From contig JAEULK010000011.1 in NCBI GenBank assembly GCA_016793775.1, positions 2,686 to 66,685 of the forward strand: 64,000 nt of DNA. Direction: 5' to 3'. A program made the position numbers and the translations under genes. The notes beneath the pieces are model-generated. The model had not been told where the DNA came from. It made no database searches and saw only the letters and a list, made by a program, of their open reading frames with translations. This stretch comes from Sphingopyxis sp. GTDB taxonomy: Bacteria > Pseudomonadota > Alphaproteobacteria > Sphingomonadales > Sphingomonadaceae. Below are positions 7,318 to 17,432 of this stretch, piece by piece. The stretch's first letter is position 1, and each line of letters opens with the position of its first letter.

Positions 7318-7779
7318 ATGTCCATCGACTCCAGTGCCAGCATCGAGATCACCGCGCTCGACTGGGTCCCCGATTTCGCGCGCGCCTATGTCCGCGACAT
7401 TCGCCCGCGCTCGGCGTGCGAGGAGATCGGGCTCGATTATGCCGAGCATCTGATCAGCGCGATCAACCGCCCCGCCGACCATTTCCTGTTCCAGCCCTGG
7501 GGCCAGGTGCCCGTGCTGAAGGACGGCGGGATCCGCCTGTTCGAAAGCGGCGCGATCCTGCTCCACCTCGCCGAAAAGGACGCGCGCCTGATGCCGCGCA
7601 ACGCGCAGGCGCGCGCGCGAGCACGCTCGCCTGGCTGTTCGCCGCCTATAATAGCGTCGAGCCGATGTTTTTCGAGCTGGGCAATGTCGACCTCTTCTCG
7701 AAGGACGAGGAGTGGGCGAAATTGCGGCGGCCGAGCCTGATCGACGTCATCCACGGTCGGCTCGGACGCCTCGAGGACA
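7318..7779 (+). pseudogene. Glutathione S-transferase, frameshifted and 3'-truncated
   Basis: QPWGQVPVLKDGGIRLFESGAILLHLAEK, then a frame change in the GC run at 7609-7619, resuming STLAWLFAAYNSVEP. The usual C-terminal helices are missing. Confidence 0.8.
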
Positions 7780-8270
7780 ATGAACCGGTCACCATGTGCC
7801 TGTGGTTCGACAAGGATGCCGAAGCGGCGGCGAAATTCTATGCCGCGACCTTCCCGAACAGCGAGTTCCACGGCGCCGCGCAGTCCCCGAGCGACTATCC
7901 CGACGGCAAGGCGGGCGATGTGCTGACGGTGGAATTCACGGTGATGGGCATTCCCTTCATCGCGATCAACGGCGGGCCGGCGTTCAAGCAGGACGAGGCC
8001 TTTTCTATCGTCATCAACACCGACACGCAGGAAGAGACCGACCGTTACTGGAACGCGATCGTGGGTAACGGCGGGTCCGAGAGCATGTGCGGCTGGTGCA
8101 AGGACAAATGGGGGGTCAACTGGCAGATCAGCCCGCGCGTGCTGACCCGCGCGATGACCGACCCCGACCGCGCCGCGGCGAAGCGCGCGATGGACGCGAT
8201 GATGGGCATGAAGAAGATCGACATCGCCGCTATCGAGGCGGCGCTGAGGGGCGACACGGTTGACGCCTGA
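7780..8270 (+). CDS. PhnB-like VOC protein (3-demethylubiquinone-9 methyltransferase-like family); start region damaged
   Basis: MCLWFDKDAEAAAKFY...AFKQDEAFSI...CGWCKDKWGVNWQI...AMMGMKKIDIA. The ATG at 7780 with GAGGA is one base out of frame; the next in-frame ATG is 7794. Confidence 0.8.
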
Positions 8271-8709
8271 TCGTACGGTCCGCGCCTGGCTGCTCTGCGG
8301 CACGCTCGACATCGTCTATGCGGCGGTGTGGAGCGTGCTGGCGGGCGGCAGTGTCGGCGGCATGCTGCGCGGGGTGGCCAAGGGGCCGTTCGGCGACGGG
8401 GCGGGCGACTGGGGGATCGGCGGCGCGATCGCCGGGCTTGCAACGCATTATGCGATCATGGGCGCGATGGTCGCTTTCTGGTTCGGGGCGGTGCGCCGCG
8501 TGCCGGCCATCGCGAAGCAGCGCTGGTGGCTCAGCGGAACTCTTTATGGTTTCGGCCTTTATCTGGTGATGAACGCGATCGTGCTGCCGCTGCGCTTCGG
8601 CGCGCCCTTCCCGCCCCCCGACCTGGTCAAGGGCGTAGTGGCGCTGTTCCCGCACATATTTTTCATCGGCTGGCCGCTGGCCTGGCTGACCCGCAAGGAT
8701 GTTCGTTGA
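8260..8709 (+). CDS. Hypothetical 4-TM membrane protein
   Basis: TTG start overlapping the upstream stop; hydrophobic segments, GLATHYAIM. Confidence 0.75.
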   Translation: MTPDRTVRAWLLCGTLDIVYAAVWSVLAGGSVGGMLRGVAKGPFGDGAGDWGIGGAIAGLATHYAIMGAMVAFWFGAVRRVPAIAKQRWWLSGTLYGFGLYLVMNAIVLPLRFGAPFPPPDLVKGVVALFPHIFFIGWPLAWLTRKDVR

Positions 8710-9362
8710 TGCTGATCTTCTATGGCCACCCCTTTTCGAGCTACACATGGAAGGCGCTGATCGCGCTTCACGAAAAGGGCATCGATTTCGACTATCGCAA
8801 CGTCGATCCCGAATTTCCCGAACACGGCCCCGAACTCAAGGCGCATTGGCCGGTCGGGCAATTCCCGCTGATCGTCCACGACGGAGTGCCCTGGTTCGAA
8901 TCGTCGATCATCATCGAATATCTCGACCGGCTGGTACCCGAACCGCGGATGATCCCCGAGGATCCCGACGCGGCGCTGAAGGTCCGCTTCTTCGACCGCA
9001 TCTTCGACCATCATGTGATGGGACAGGGGCAGCATATCGTGAACGACGCGATCCGCGGTCCCGACGGCCATGTCCAATCGATCGTCGATGGCGCGAAGGC
9101 AAAGCTCGAGACGATCTACGCCTGGCTCGACAAGGAACTGGCGGGTGGCGGCTGGGCGACGCCCTATGGTTTCACGCTCGCCGATTGCGCCGCGGCGCCG
9201 GCGCTCTTCTACGCCGACTGGGTGCACCGGATCGACGAAAGATACGAGAATTTGCGCGGGTACCGCGCGCGATTGCTCGCCCACCCATCGGTGTCGCGGT
9301 GCATCGAGGACGCGCGACGCTATCGCCATTATTTCCCGCTGGGGGCGCCGGATCGGGATTGA
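8709..9362 (+). CDS. Glutathione S-transferase family protein
   Basis: YGHPFSSYTWKALIALHEKG, WPVGQFPL, ESSIIIEYLD, FTLADCAAAPALFYA. Confidence 0.92.
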   Translation: MLIFYGHPFSSYTWKALIALHEKGIDFDYRNVDPEFPEHGPELKAHWPVGQFPLIVHDGVPWFESSIIIEYLDRLVPEPRMIPEDPDAALKVRFFDRIFDHHVMGQGQHIVNDAIRGPDGHVQSIVDGAKAKLETIYAWLDKELAGGGWATPYGFTLADCAAAPALFYADWVHRIDERYENLRGYRARLLAHPSVSRCIEDARRYRHYFPLGAPDRD

Positions 9363-9469
9363 CCGGCGACGGGGCGCCGTCCCGAAACGGCACGGCGGGG
9401 CTCTGGTTAATGAACCGCTGACATTGCCGCTTTGCCTTTTGGCAAGCGCCCGCGCGCGAAAGCGGTGGC

Positions 9470-10276
9470 ATGATGTCGGCCGCCGCCCTGCTCCGCACCC
9501 TGATCGTCGCGTGCCTCGCGTCGGTGCTGGCGTTCGCGCCGGCGCACGCGCAGCAGGTCGTGACGACGACGGTGTCCTGGACCTACACGACGGGCGGCGA
9601 TGTCTTCGACGATGGCGACTTTGCCGACGAAGGCGATGTCATCGACGAGGATGCGGCGTTGCTCGACGACGAAGGGCTTGCCGCCGACGCGGGCGCCGAC
9701 GATTTTGGGCGCGCGACGCGGCGCTATGCGCCATCGGCACACCTCGCAACGCCCGGACGCGCGCAGGCCAAGTTCGGACCTTTTTCGGTGATCGACGCGA
9801 CCACGGTGCGCATGGCGGGCGATGTCGATAGCACGACGCCGCGCCAGTTCGCCGCGATGCTCGCCGCCTTTCCGACGCTGAAGCGGATCGAGATGGTCGA
9901 TTGCCCCGGCAGCCTCGACGAAGCCGCGAACCTTATCCTGGCCCGCGCGATCCGCCGGGCGGGCATGGAAACGGTGGTACCGCGCGGCGGGTCGGTACGC
10001 TCGGGCGCGGTCGAATTGTGGATGGCGGGGGTCAAGCGCAGCGCCGCCCCCGATGCCGAATTCGGCGTCCACAGCTGGGCCGACGAATATGGCCGCGAGG
10101 CGCGCGACTATCCCGCCAACGACCCGGTGCACGCCGAATATCTGGGCTATTATCATGAGATGGGGCTCGACGATGCGAAGGCGCGCGCCTTTTACGCGAT
10201 GACCAACGCGACGCCGTTCGACGATGTCACCTATCTGACGCGCGACGACATGGCGCGCTATGTGACGCTGAACTGA
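9470..10276 (+). CDS. Exported ClpP/crotonase-like fold protein with acidic linker
   Basis: Signal peptide AHA-Q; D-rich stretch; DCPGS...RSGAVELWMAG...FGVHSW. Confidence 0.6.
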   Translation: MMSAAALLRTLIVACLASVLAFAPAHAQQVVTTTVSWTYTTGGDVFDDGDFADEGDVIDEDAALLDDEGLAADAGADDFGRATRRYAPSAHLATPGRAQAKFGPFSVIDATTVRMAGDVDSTTPRQFAAMLAAFPTLKRIEMVDCPGSLDEAANLILARAIRRAGMETVVPRGGSVRSGAVELWMAGVKRSAAPDAEFGVHSWADEYGREARDYPANDPVHAEYLGYYHEMGLDDAKARAFYAMTNATPFDDVTYLTRDDMARYVTLN

Positions 10277-10319
10277 TTTAGCCTTGTAACACGGCTGGGC
10301 CTTCCCCACATCGGCCCGC

Positions 10320-10658
10320 ATGGCAAAGCGCAGCCTTTACCAGCGATTGCGGTCGACCGCGCAGGTGCGGCTGGCGCTGTTCGTGCTCGGGTGCCTGTTC
10401 ATGCTGCTTGCGCCGTTGCTCGGGCCGCTGCCCGGTCCGGGCTTCATCATCCTCTTTCCGCTCGGCCTGGCGCTCGCCTTGCAGAACAGCGCCTGGGCGA
10501 AGCGCATCTATGTGCGCTTCAAGCGGCGGCACCCCCGCTATGCCGGCTGGACCGACCGGCTGATGCGGCGGACGAGCGCGGCGCGAAAGCGCGAGCGCGA
10601 GGCGCTGGAGGCGAGCGTCAATGCGAAAGCCGCGGAACGGCGCCCAAATGACGATTGA
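10320..10658 (+). CDS. PGPGW-type small membrane protein
   Basis: LLGPLPGPGFIILFPLGLAL followed by a basic tail. Confidence 0.7.
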   Translation: MAKRSLYQRLRSTAQVRLALFVLGCLFMLLAPLLGPLPGPGFIILFPLGLALALQNSAWAKRIYVRFKRRHPRYAGWTDRLMRRTSAARKREREALEASVNAKAAERRPNDD

Positions 10659-10786
10659 TCGCTGAATGCGACCGGGGCCGATTGACTTTCGCCCGAATCC
10701 TGCTTATTCGCGCCCCCATCAGTGGCCGCCCACGTTTGGCGGCCCTTTTCTGTTAGAGCCTATTGAGCGAATTAGGGACAACCGCG

Positions 10787-10921
10787 ATGAAGCGTACCTT
10801 TCAACCGAGCAACCTCGTGCGCGCCCGTCGCCACGGTTTCCGCGCCCGCAAGGCAACGGTTGGCGGCCGCAAGGTTCTGGCCAATCGCCGCGCCCAGGGC
10901 CGCAAGAAGCTGTCGGCCTGA
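10787..10921 (+). CDS. rpmH: 50S ribosomal protein L34
   Basis: Hand translation [44 protein letters not shown]. Confidence 0.99.
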   Translation: MKRTFQPSNLVRARRHGFRARKATVGGRKVLANRRAQGRKKLSA

Positions 10922-10947
10922 CCGCAGCCCGCGTGTCGGCTGGCCCG

Positions 10948-11313
10948 ATGCGCACGCTTAGCAAACGCAGCGAATTCCTGGCCGCCAACCGCGGCCTGCG
11001 CTTTCCCATGCCCGGGTTCGTTTTGCTTGTGCATCCGCGCGGCGACGCGGATGCCGGAATCGGCATCGGTTACACCGTCAGCAAGAAGGTCGGCAACGCC
11101 GTCACCCGCAACCGGATGAAGCGCCGGCTGCGCGCGCTGTGCCGTGCAGTGCTGCCCGTCGCGGGAATCGCCGGCGCCGACCATGTGCTGATCGGGCGCC
11201 CCGGCGGCAACGACATCGTCTTTGCCGAGCTTGGCGAGCAGCTGGCGGGCGCCCTTGCTCGCGCCGCGAAGAAGCTGGCGAAACAGGCCGCGGTGGAAGC
11301 GCCCGCCGCATGA
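10948..11313 (+). CDS. rnpA: Ribonuclease P protein component
   Basis: GYTVSKKVGNAVTRNRMKRRLR. Confidence 0.96.
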   Translation: MRTLSKRSEFLAANRGLRFPMPGFVLLVHPRGDADAGIGIGYTVSKKVGNAVTRNRMKRRLRALCRAVLPVAGIAGADHVLIGRPGGNDIVFAELGEQLAGALARAAKKLAKQAAVEAPAA

Positions 11314-11522
11314 TCGCCAAGCTGATGATCCTGATCGCGCGCGGCTGGCAGATGGGTCCGTCGCGCATCCTGCCCCCCACCTGTCGTTATGCCCCGTCAT
11401 GCAGCGCCTATGCGATCGAGGCGGTGCAGAAATATGGCGCGATCAAGGGTGGCTGGATCGCGACAAAGCGGCTATTGCGCTGCCATCCTTGGGGCGGCCA
11501 TGGCTACGACCCGGTTCCGTGA
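11310..11522 (+). CDS. yidD: Membrane protein insertion efficiency factor
   Basis: CRYAPSCSAYAIEA...RLLRCHPWGGHGYDPVP. Confidence 0.96.
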   Translation: MIAKLMILIARGWQMGPSRILPPTCRYAPSCSAYAIEAVQKYGAIKGGWIATKRLLRCHPWGGHGYDPVP

Positions 11523-11566
11523 CACCGCATTTCCCCGACATCAGACGATAAGAGAGACCGAAGAGC

Positions 11567-13321
11567 GTGGACGACAAGCGTAACTGGATCACGGCATTAT
11601 TGCTGTCGGCGGCCATCCTGCTGAGCTGGAGTTTCATCTCCAACCGCTTTTTCCCGACCCCGGACAAGCCCGATGTGACCAAGACGGTCGCGGGCACCAC
11701 GGCGGCGGCCGCGCCCGCCGCAGGCAGCGCCGAACCCGCGCTGCCCGGCCAACCCCCCGCGCCGGTCGCCGCCGCCCCCGAAACGACGACGCTGCGCCCG
11801 ATCGAAACGGTGCTTGCCGAGGGGCAGCGCGTGCGAATCGAAACGCCGAAGCTGGCGGGGTCGATCAACCTGGTCGGCGCACGCATCGACGACATCACGC
11901 TCACCAAATATCGCCAGACGATCCGGAAGGATTCGCCGCCGGTTCGCCTGTTCGCGCCCGCGGGCACCAAAGCCGCCTATTTCGCGAGCCCGGTGTGGTC
12001 GGGCCAGGGCGTCGCGGTGCCCGGCGCGACGACGGTCTGGACCGCAAGCGGTGCCAAGCTGACCCCGACGACCCCGGTGACGCTGAGCTGGGCGAATGGC
12101 GCGGGCCAGACGTTCCGCATCGTCTATAGCATCGACAACGACTATCTGATCACCGCCAAGCAGACCGTCGCCAACAGCGGCACTGCCCCGGTGCAGGTGC
12201 GCAGCGGCGCCTATATCGACCGCACCGGCAAGCCGACCGACCCGCACGAGCAGGACAGCTGGACGATCCATGTCGGTCCGACCGGCTATCTCGATGCCAA
12301 GTCGAACTTCACCAATTATGACGAGGTCGCGGAGGCATCGGGCGAGACCCTGTCTTATATGGCGGCGGGCTGGCTCGGCTTTACCGACAAATATTGGCTG
12401 GCCGCGGTCATCCCCGCGAGCGGGGAAAAAGTGTCGGCGGCGTTCAACGCGCTGCCGGGCGAGCGCTATCGCGCCGCCTTTGCCGGCAACCAGGTGCAGG
12501 TCGCGCCGGGCCGCCAGGTGACGACGACGAGCCGCATCTTCGCCGGCGCCAAGGAAGTCCGCACGCTGTCGGCCTATCAGAACGACCAGGGTATCACCCG
12601 CCTGTCGAACGCGATCGATTGGGGCTGGTTCGAATTTTTCGAGGTGCCGATCTTCAAACTGCTCGACTGGCTGTTCAAGCAGGTCGGCAATTTCGGCGTC
12701 GCGATCATGGCGCTGACCCTGATCATCCGCCTGCTGATGTTCCCGATCGCGCAGCGCCAGTTCCATTCGATGGCGCAGATGCGCATCGTCCAGCCGAAGA
12801 TGAAGGCGCTGCAGGAAAAATATAAGGACGACAAGCCGAAGCAGCAGCAGGAGCTGATGAAGCTCTACAAGGACGAGAAGATCAATCCGCTGGCCGGCTG
12901 TCTGCCGATCCTGATCCAGATCCCGATCTTCTATGCCTTGTACAAGGTGCTGATGCTGACGATCGAAATGCGGCACCAGCCGTTCATCCTGTGGATCAAG
13001 GATCTGTCGGCGCCCGATCCGTTGCACATACTGAACCTGTTCGGGCTGCTGCCCTTCACCCCGCCGTCGATCCTGGGGATCGGCGTGATGGCGGTGATCC
13101 TGGGCATCACCATGTGGTTGCAGTTCCGCCTGAACCCGCCGCCGGCCGACCCGGTGCAGGCGCAGGTGTTCAAGATCATGCCGTGGATGTTCATGTTCAT
13201 CATGGCGCCCTTCGCCGCGGGCCTGCTGCTCTACTGGATCACCAACAACTGCCTGTCGATCGCGCAGCAGCAGTGGATGTACCGCAAGTTCCCGGCGCTG
13301 AGGACGGCAGCGGCGAAGTGA
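11567..13321 (+). CDS. yidC: Membrane protein insertase YidC
   Basis: [45 protein letters not shown]. Confidence 0.98.
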   Translation: MDDKRNWITALLLSAAILLSWSFISNRFFPTPDKPDVTKTVAGTTAAAAPAAGSAEPALPGQPPAPVAAAPETTTLRPIETVLAEGQRVRIETPKLAGSINLVGARIDDITLTKYRQTIRKDSPPVRLFAPAGTKAAYFASPVWSGQGVAVPGATTVWTASGAKLTPTTPVTLSWANGAGQTFRIVYSIDNDYLITAKQTVANSGTAPVQVRSGAYIDRTGKPTDPHEQDSWTIHVGPTGYLDAKSNFTNYDEVAEASGETLSYMAAGWLGFTDKYWLAAVIPASGEKVSAAFNALPGERYRAAFAGNQVQVAPGRQVTTTSRIFAGAKEVRTLSAYQNDQGITRLSNAIDWGWFEFFEVPIFKLLDWLFKQVGNFGVAIMALTLIIRLLMFPIAQRQFHSMAQMRIVQPKMKALQEKYKDDKPKQQQELMKLYKDEKINPLAGCLPILIQIPIFYALYKVLMLTIEMRHQPFILWIKDLSAPDPLHILNLFGLLPFTPPSILGIGVMAVILGITMWLQFRLNPPPADPVQAQVFKIMPWMFMFIMAPFAAGLLLYWITNNCLSIAQQQWMYRKFPALRTAAAK

Positions 13322-13992
13322 GCGACGTTGGTTCTGGAATGGGCGAGCCTGCACCGGGCGCCGACCCCGAGCGCCCCGAACGCGCGCGCAAGCTGTTTTC
13401 GGGGCCGATCGCGTTCCTGAAATCCGCGCCGGCGCTGGAGCATCTGCCCGCGCCGGGCGCGCCCGAGATCGCGTTCGCGGGCCGGTCGAACGTCGGCAAA
13501 TCGTCGCTGCTCAACGCGCTGACCAACCGCAACAGCCTGGCGCGCACCTCGGTGACGCCGGGGCGGACGCAGGAGCTCAATTATTTCGACGTCGGATCGC
13601 CTTTGGTGTTCCGGCTGGTCGATATGCCGGGCTATGGTTTCGCCAAGGCGCCGAAGGATGTCGTCAAGAAGTGGCGTTTCCTGATCAACGATTATCTGCG
13701 CGGGCGGCAGGTGCTGAAGCGCACGCTGGTGCTGATCGACAGCCGCCACGGGATCAAGGACGTCGACCGCGACGTGCTCGAAATGCTCGACACCGCGGCG
13801 GTGAGTTACCGCATCGTGCTGACCAAGGCCGACAAGGTGAAGGCGACCGAACTGGCGAAAGTGTTGGCCGAGACCGAAGTCGAGGCGCGCAAGCATCCCG
13901 CCGCGCATCCCGAAGTGATCGTGACGAGCAGCGAAAAGGGCATGGGGATTGCGGAGCTGCGTACCGCGGTGCTGGAGGCGGTCGAGGTATAA
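13318..13992 (+). CDS. engB: Ribosome biogenesis GTPase YihA/YsxC
   Basis: [31 protein letters not shown]; GTG start overlaps the yidC stop. Confidence 0.96.
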   Translation: MSDVGSGMGEPAPGADPERPERARKLFSGPIAFLKSAPALEHLPAPGAPEIAFAGRSNVGKSSLLNALTNRNSLARTSVTPGRTQELNYFDVGSPLVFRLVDMPGYGFAKAPKDVVKKWRFLINDYLRGRQVLKRTLVLIDSRHGIKDVDRDVLEMLDTAAVSYRIVLTKADKVKATELAKVLAETEVEARKHPAAHPEVIVTSSEKGMGIAELRTAVLEAVEV

Positions 13993-13995
13993 TAT

Positions 13996-14095
13996 CTCCC
14001 CTCCTGCTTGCGGGAGGGGTCGGGGGAGGGCATGTACCGACCCGACCGTGGCCTTACAGGCCCTCCCCTAGCCCCTCCCGCAAGCGGGAGGGGAA
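13996..14095. repeat. Palindromic intergenic repeat, family A
   Basis: CCCCTCCTGCTTGCGGGAGGGG ... CCCTCCCCTAGCCCCTCCCGCAAGCGGGAGGGG; related copies at 30398 and 40179. Confidence 0.9.
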
Positions 14096-14107
14096 TCCGG
14101 AGATCGC

Positions 14108-14779
14108 ATGAAACTGTTTATCGGCAATAAGGCGTACTCGAGTTGGAGCCTGCGCGGCTGGCTGGCGGCCAAGCATAGCGGGCTGCCCTTCGAGGAGGTC
14201 ACCGTCCCGCTGTATGACGAGGATTGGTCGAACCGCCGCGAGGGCGACGAGTTCGCGCCGTCGGGGGGCAAGGTGCCGATATTGTGGGACGGCGAGGATA
14301 TCGTCGTCTGGGATAGCCTCGCGATCATCGACTATCTCAACGAAAAGACCGGCGGGACGCGCGGCTTTTGGCCCGAGGACATGGCGGCGCGCGCGATGGC
14401 GCGGTCGATGGCCGCCGAGATGCACAGCAGTTTCGCGGCGCTGCGCCGCAACCACAGCATGAACATCCGCCGCATCTATCCCGCCGCCGAACTGCTGCCC
14501 GAGGTGCAGGCCGATGTCGTGCGCATCCTGCAGATCTGGGCCGAGGCGCGCGCCCGTTTCGGCGGCGAGGGCGACTATCTGTTCGGCGACTGGTCGGCGG
14601 CGGACATCATGTTCGCGCCGGTGGTGACGCGCTTCGTCACCTATTCGATTCCCCTGCCGCGCTTTGCCGTCCCCTATTGCCAGAGGGTGATCAGCCATCC
14701 GTGCATGCAGGAATGGATCGGCGGCGCGCAGGCCGAGGATTGGGTGATCGAGAAATTCGAGGGGCCGACCGCCGACTGA
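14108..14779 (+). CDS. Glutathione S-transferase family protein
   Basis: GNKAYSSWSLRGWL, SGGKVPIL, WDSLAIIDYL, AEMHSSF, SAADIMFAPVVTRF. Confidence 0.93.
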   Translation: MKLFIGNKAYSSWSLRGWLAAKHSGLPFEEVTVPLYDEDWSNRREGDEFAPSGGKVPILWDGEDIVVWDSLAIIDYLNEKTGGTRGFWPEDMAARAMARSMAAEMHSSFAALRRNHSMNIRRIYPAAELLPEVQADVVRILQIWAEARARFGGEGDYLFGDWSAADIMFAPVVTRFVTYSIPLPRFAVPYCQRVISHPCMQEWIGGAQAEDWVIEKFEGPTAD

Positions 14780-14841
14780 GATGGCGCGGCGATGAACGGG
14801 GCGTTCAGCGCGCGATGGGACGGCGGCGCTAGAAGGACGGC

Positions 14842-15480
14842 ATGAAGAAGATTCTCCTCGCCTCCGCCCTTGCGCTCGGCGCGGCCGTGGTTGCCGCCGC
14901 GGCGGCGCCCGCATCCGACTGGGAAATCGGGCCGGTCATTCGCGGCAAGAATTATTCGGTCGGCATGCCGCCCGCGCCGCGGGCCGAGCGCGGCGGCTGG
15001 TCGTTCGACTTTCCCGTCGGCAGCAAGGCCGCGGGGCATGTCCATTATGTGACCTTTCGCCCCGAATCGCTGGCGGGCAAGTCGCGGATCGTGGTGCGCT
15101 ACCGCGTCGATGCGCGGGCGGGCACGCGCTTCGTGCCGCAGGCGAACCCCGATCGCGCGGGCACCGTCTCACTCTATCTCCAGCGGCGCGGCGACAACTG
15201 GAATGCACGCGGGAATTATCAATATTATCGCTGGTACGCCCCCGCCGCGACGGTACGCGAACTGGCGCCGGGCGTCGGCGAGATCAGCGTGGACCTCGAC
15301 GATCCGCAGTGGATTTCGGTGCTGGGTCGGCCCGCGGCGAACAGCCCCGAAGCGCTCGAAGACGCGCTGGCCGATGTCGAACGGGTCGGGCTGGTGTTCG
15401 GATCGTCGAACGCGCGCGGCCACGGCGTCTATGCGACCGCGCCGGCGAAATTCGTGCTGACGGGTTTTCGGATCGAGTAA
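14842..15480 (+). CDS. Secreted hypothetical protein (beta-rich, aromatic)
   Basis: Signal peptide; W/Y-rich; no family recognised. Confidence 0.75.
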   Translation: MKKILLASALALGAAVVAAAAAPASDWEIGPVIRGKNYSVGMPPAPRAERGGWSFDFPVGSKAAGHVHYVTFRPESLAGKSRIVVRYRVDARAGTRFVPQANPDRAGTVSLYLQRRGDNWNARGNYQYYRWYAPAATVRELAPGVGEISVDLDDPQWISVLGRPAANSPEALEDALADVERVGLVFGSSNARGHGVYATAPAKFVLTGFRIE

Positions 15481-15485
15481 TCCTT

Positions 15486-15581
15486 CGTCATTGCGAGCGA
15501 AGCGAAGCAATCTCCAGCCACCAGTCTCGCGCAAAGTCGGGGCTGGAGATTGCCGCGTCGCCTTCGGCTCCTCGCAATGAC
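15486..15581. repeat. Palindromic repeat, family D
   Basis: GTCATTGCGAG...GCAATCTCCAGCC / GGCTGGAGATTGC...CTCGCAATGAC nested inverted arms between convergent genes. Confidence 0.88.
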
Positions 15582-15586
15582 ACGGT

Positions 15587-16054
15587 TCAGGGAATCCGTT
15601 TGGCCGGATAGGGCGTGCCGTCCTTGTGGAAATAGCCGTCGGGCGTGAACAGCATGTCGATGTCCGAATAGCCGCCGCCGGTGTCATATTTCTTGCCGCC
15701 GCCGAGCGCGACGAGGATGCAGTCGACATCGCTCTCGTTGATCAGGTGATGGCCGTTGGTGCTGCCCTTGGGCCACACCGCGATATCGCCAGGGCGCATC
15801 GGATATCGTCCATCATCCTCGACGAGTATCGCCTCGCCCGCGATCAGGACCACCATCTCGTCCTCGCCGTCGTGCCAGTGGCGCTGCGACGACATCGCAC
15901 CGGGCTTGAGCGTGACATGCGTTGCGGCAAAATCGCTGAGACCCGTGACGGGGGCGAGGCGGCGGTACCAGCGCCCCTCTACCGCCGTATTATAGGGCGC
16001 GGGATAGCCGGTCGCGTTGGTTTGCGGGATGGCGTCGAGATCGAGCTTGGGCAT
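15587..16054 (-). CDS. Cupin domain protein
   Basis: LKPGAMSSQRHWHDGEDEMVV...GHHLINES. Confidence 0.9.
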   Translation of the reverse strand: MPKLDLDAIPQTNATGYPAPYNTAVEGRWYRRLAPVTGLSDFAATHVTLKPGAMSSQRHWHDGEDEMVVLIAGEAILVEDDGRYPMRPGDIAVWPKGSTNGHHLINESDVDCILVALGGGKKYDTGGGYSDIDMLFTPDGYFHKDGTPYPAKRIP

Positions 16055-16101
16055 GGCGCGGTCCTCTTGCGGCGCGTGTCGAGGCGCCGTCGTGTCGATT
16101 G

Positions 16102-16251
16102 TTTCGCACAAAGCCGCGAAGCCACAAAGGGGGATGCTCATGCATGATGGCAGGCCGGTCCCGCGAAGCGCTTTCAAATGATTGCCTGCGGCGGCAAGCC
16201 AACCGGGCGACCGGGCGCGGCCTCTTCGTGGCTTTGTGGCTTTGTGCGAAA
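16102..16251. repeat. Inverted-repeat element, family E
   Basis: TTTCGCACAAAGCCGCGAAGCCACAAAG ... CTTCGTGGCTTTGTGGCTTTGTGCGAAA. Confidence 0.85.
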
Positions 16252-16299
16252 TATTTCTCCATCTCGACTAAGCACCGCGCCAGAGCGTATGGCGCGACC

Positions 16300-17430
16300 A
16301 TGAGCACCGACCCCGTGGACCTCGCCAAGGCGCTGATCGCCGCCCCATCCGTCACCCCCGCTACGGGCGCGGTATTCGATGTGCTCGAGGCGGCGCTCAC
16401 CCCGCTCGGCTTCACCGTCGAGCGTTTCATCGACGGAATCGAGCCCGACGGGCCGGTCGAGAATCTGCTCGCGGTGCGCACCGGCAAGGGGCCGAGGCAT
16501 TTCGGTTTCGCGGGGCATCTCGACGTCGTGCCGCCGGGGGTGGGCTGGACGGGCGATGCCTTTGCCCCCGAGGTCCGCGGCGAGCTGCTTTATGGCCGCG
16601 GGGCGGTCGACATGAAGGGGTCGATCGCGGCCTTCGTCGCGGCGGCGGCGGCGACCCCCGTCGAGGCGGGAACGATCAGCCTGATCATCACCGGCGACGA
16701 GGAAGGCCCGGCAATTTTCGGCACCCGCGCGCTGATGGAGCATATGGCGGGGCGCGGGGTACAGCCCGACATGATCGTCGTCGGCGAGCCCACGTCGGTC
16801 AACAAGCTGGGCGACATGGTGAAGATCGGGCGGCGCGGGTCGGTCAATATCTGGATCGACGTGCCGGGGACGCAGGGGCATGTCGCTTACCCGCACCTTG
16901 CCGACAATCCGATCCCCAAGCTGGTCCGGATCATGGCGGCGATCGACGCGGTGGTGCTGGACACCGGCAACGACTGGTTCCAGCCGTCGAACATCGAATT
17001 CACCGACATCGAGGTCGGCAATGGCGCGACCAACGTCATCCCGGCGTCGGCGCGCGCGCGATTGTCGATCCGTTTCAACGACCAGCACAAGGGCGCCGAA
17101 CTGGTCGCGATGATCGAGCGGATCGCGCATGGCGTCGAGCCCGCCGCCAAGGTGCTGGGCAAGATATCGGGCGAAGCCTTCCTGACCCCGCCGGGCGATT
17201 TGTCAGGGCTGGTCGCCGAGGCGATCCATGCCGAGACCGATATCATGCCCGAAATGTCGACGACGGGCGGCACGTCCGACGCGCGCTTCCTGCACGCCTT
17301 GTGCCCGGTGGTCGAATTCGGGCTGACCAATGCGACGATGCACAAGCTCGACGAGGCGGTCGCGGTTGCGGATGTGCACAAGCTGGCGGCGATCTATCGC
17401 GGGATATTGGTGCGGGCGCTGGCGGGCTGA
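16300..17430 (+). CDS. dapE: Succinyl-diaminopimelate desuccinylase
   Basis: FAGHLDVVPPG, GRGAVDMKG, GDEEG, VGEPT, GGTSDARF, HKLDE. Confidence 0.95.
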   Translation: MSTDPVDLAKALIAAPSVTPATGAVFDVLEAALTPLGFTVERFIDGIEPDGPVENLLAVRTGKGPRHFGFAGHLDVVPPGVGWTGDAFAPEVRGELLYGRGAVDMKGSIAAFVAAAAATPVEAGTISLIITGDEEGPAIFGTRALMEHMAGRGVQPDMIVVGEPTSVNKLGDMVKIGRRGSVNIWIDVPGTQGHVAYPHLADNPIPKLVRIMAAIDAVVLDTGNDWFQPSNIEFTDIEVGNGATNVIPASARARLSIRFNDQHKGAELVAMIERIAHGVEPAAKVLGKISGEAFLTPPGDLSGLVAEAIHAETDIMPEMSTTGGTSDARFLHALCPVVEFGLTNATMHKLDEAVAVADVHKLAAIYRGILVRALAG

Positions 17431-17432
17431 GA

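Noticed and set aside
11597-13354. Long antisense ORFs (also 21706-23769, 37528-40344, 44579-47374, 52476-55094, 56311-58230, 58471-60225)
   Set aside because: Shadows of real genes caused by high GC3 and scarce stop codons; no independent motifs.
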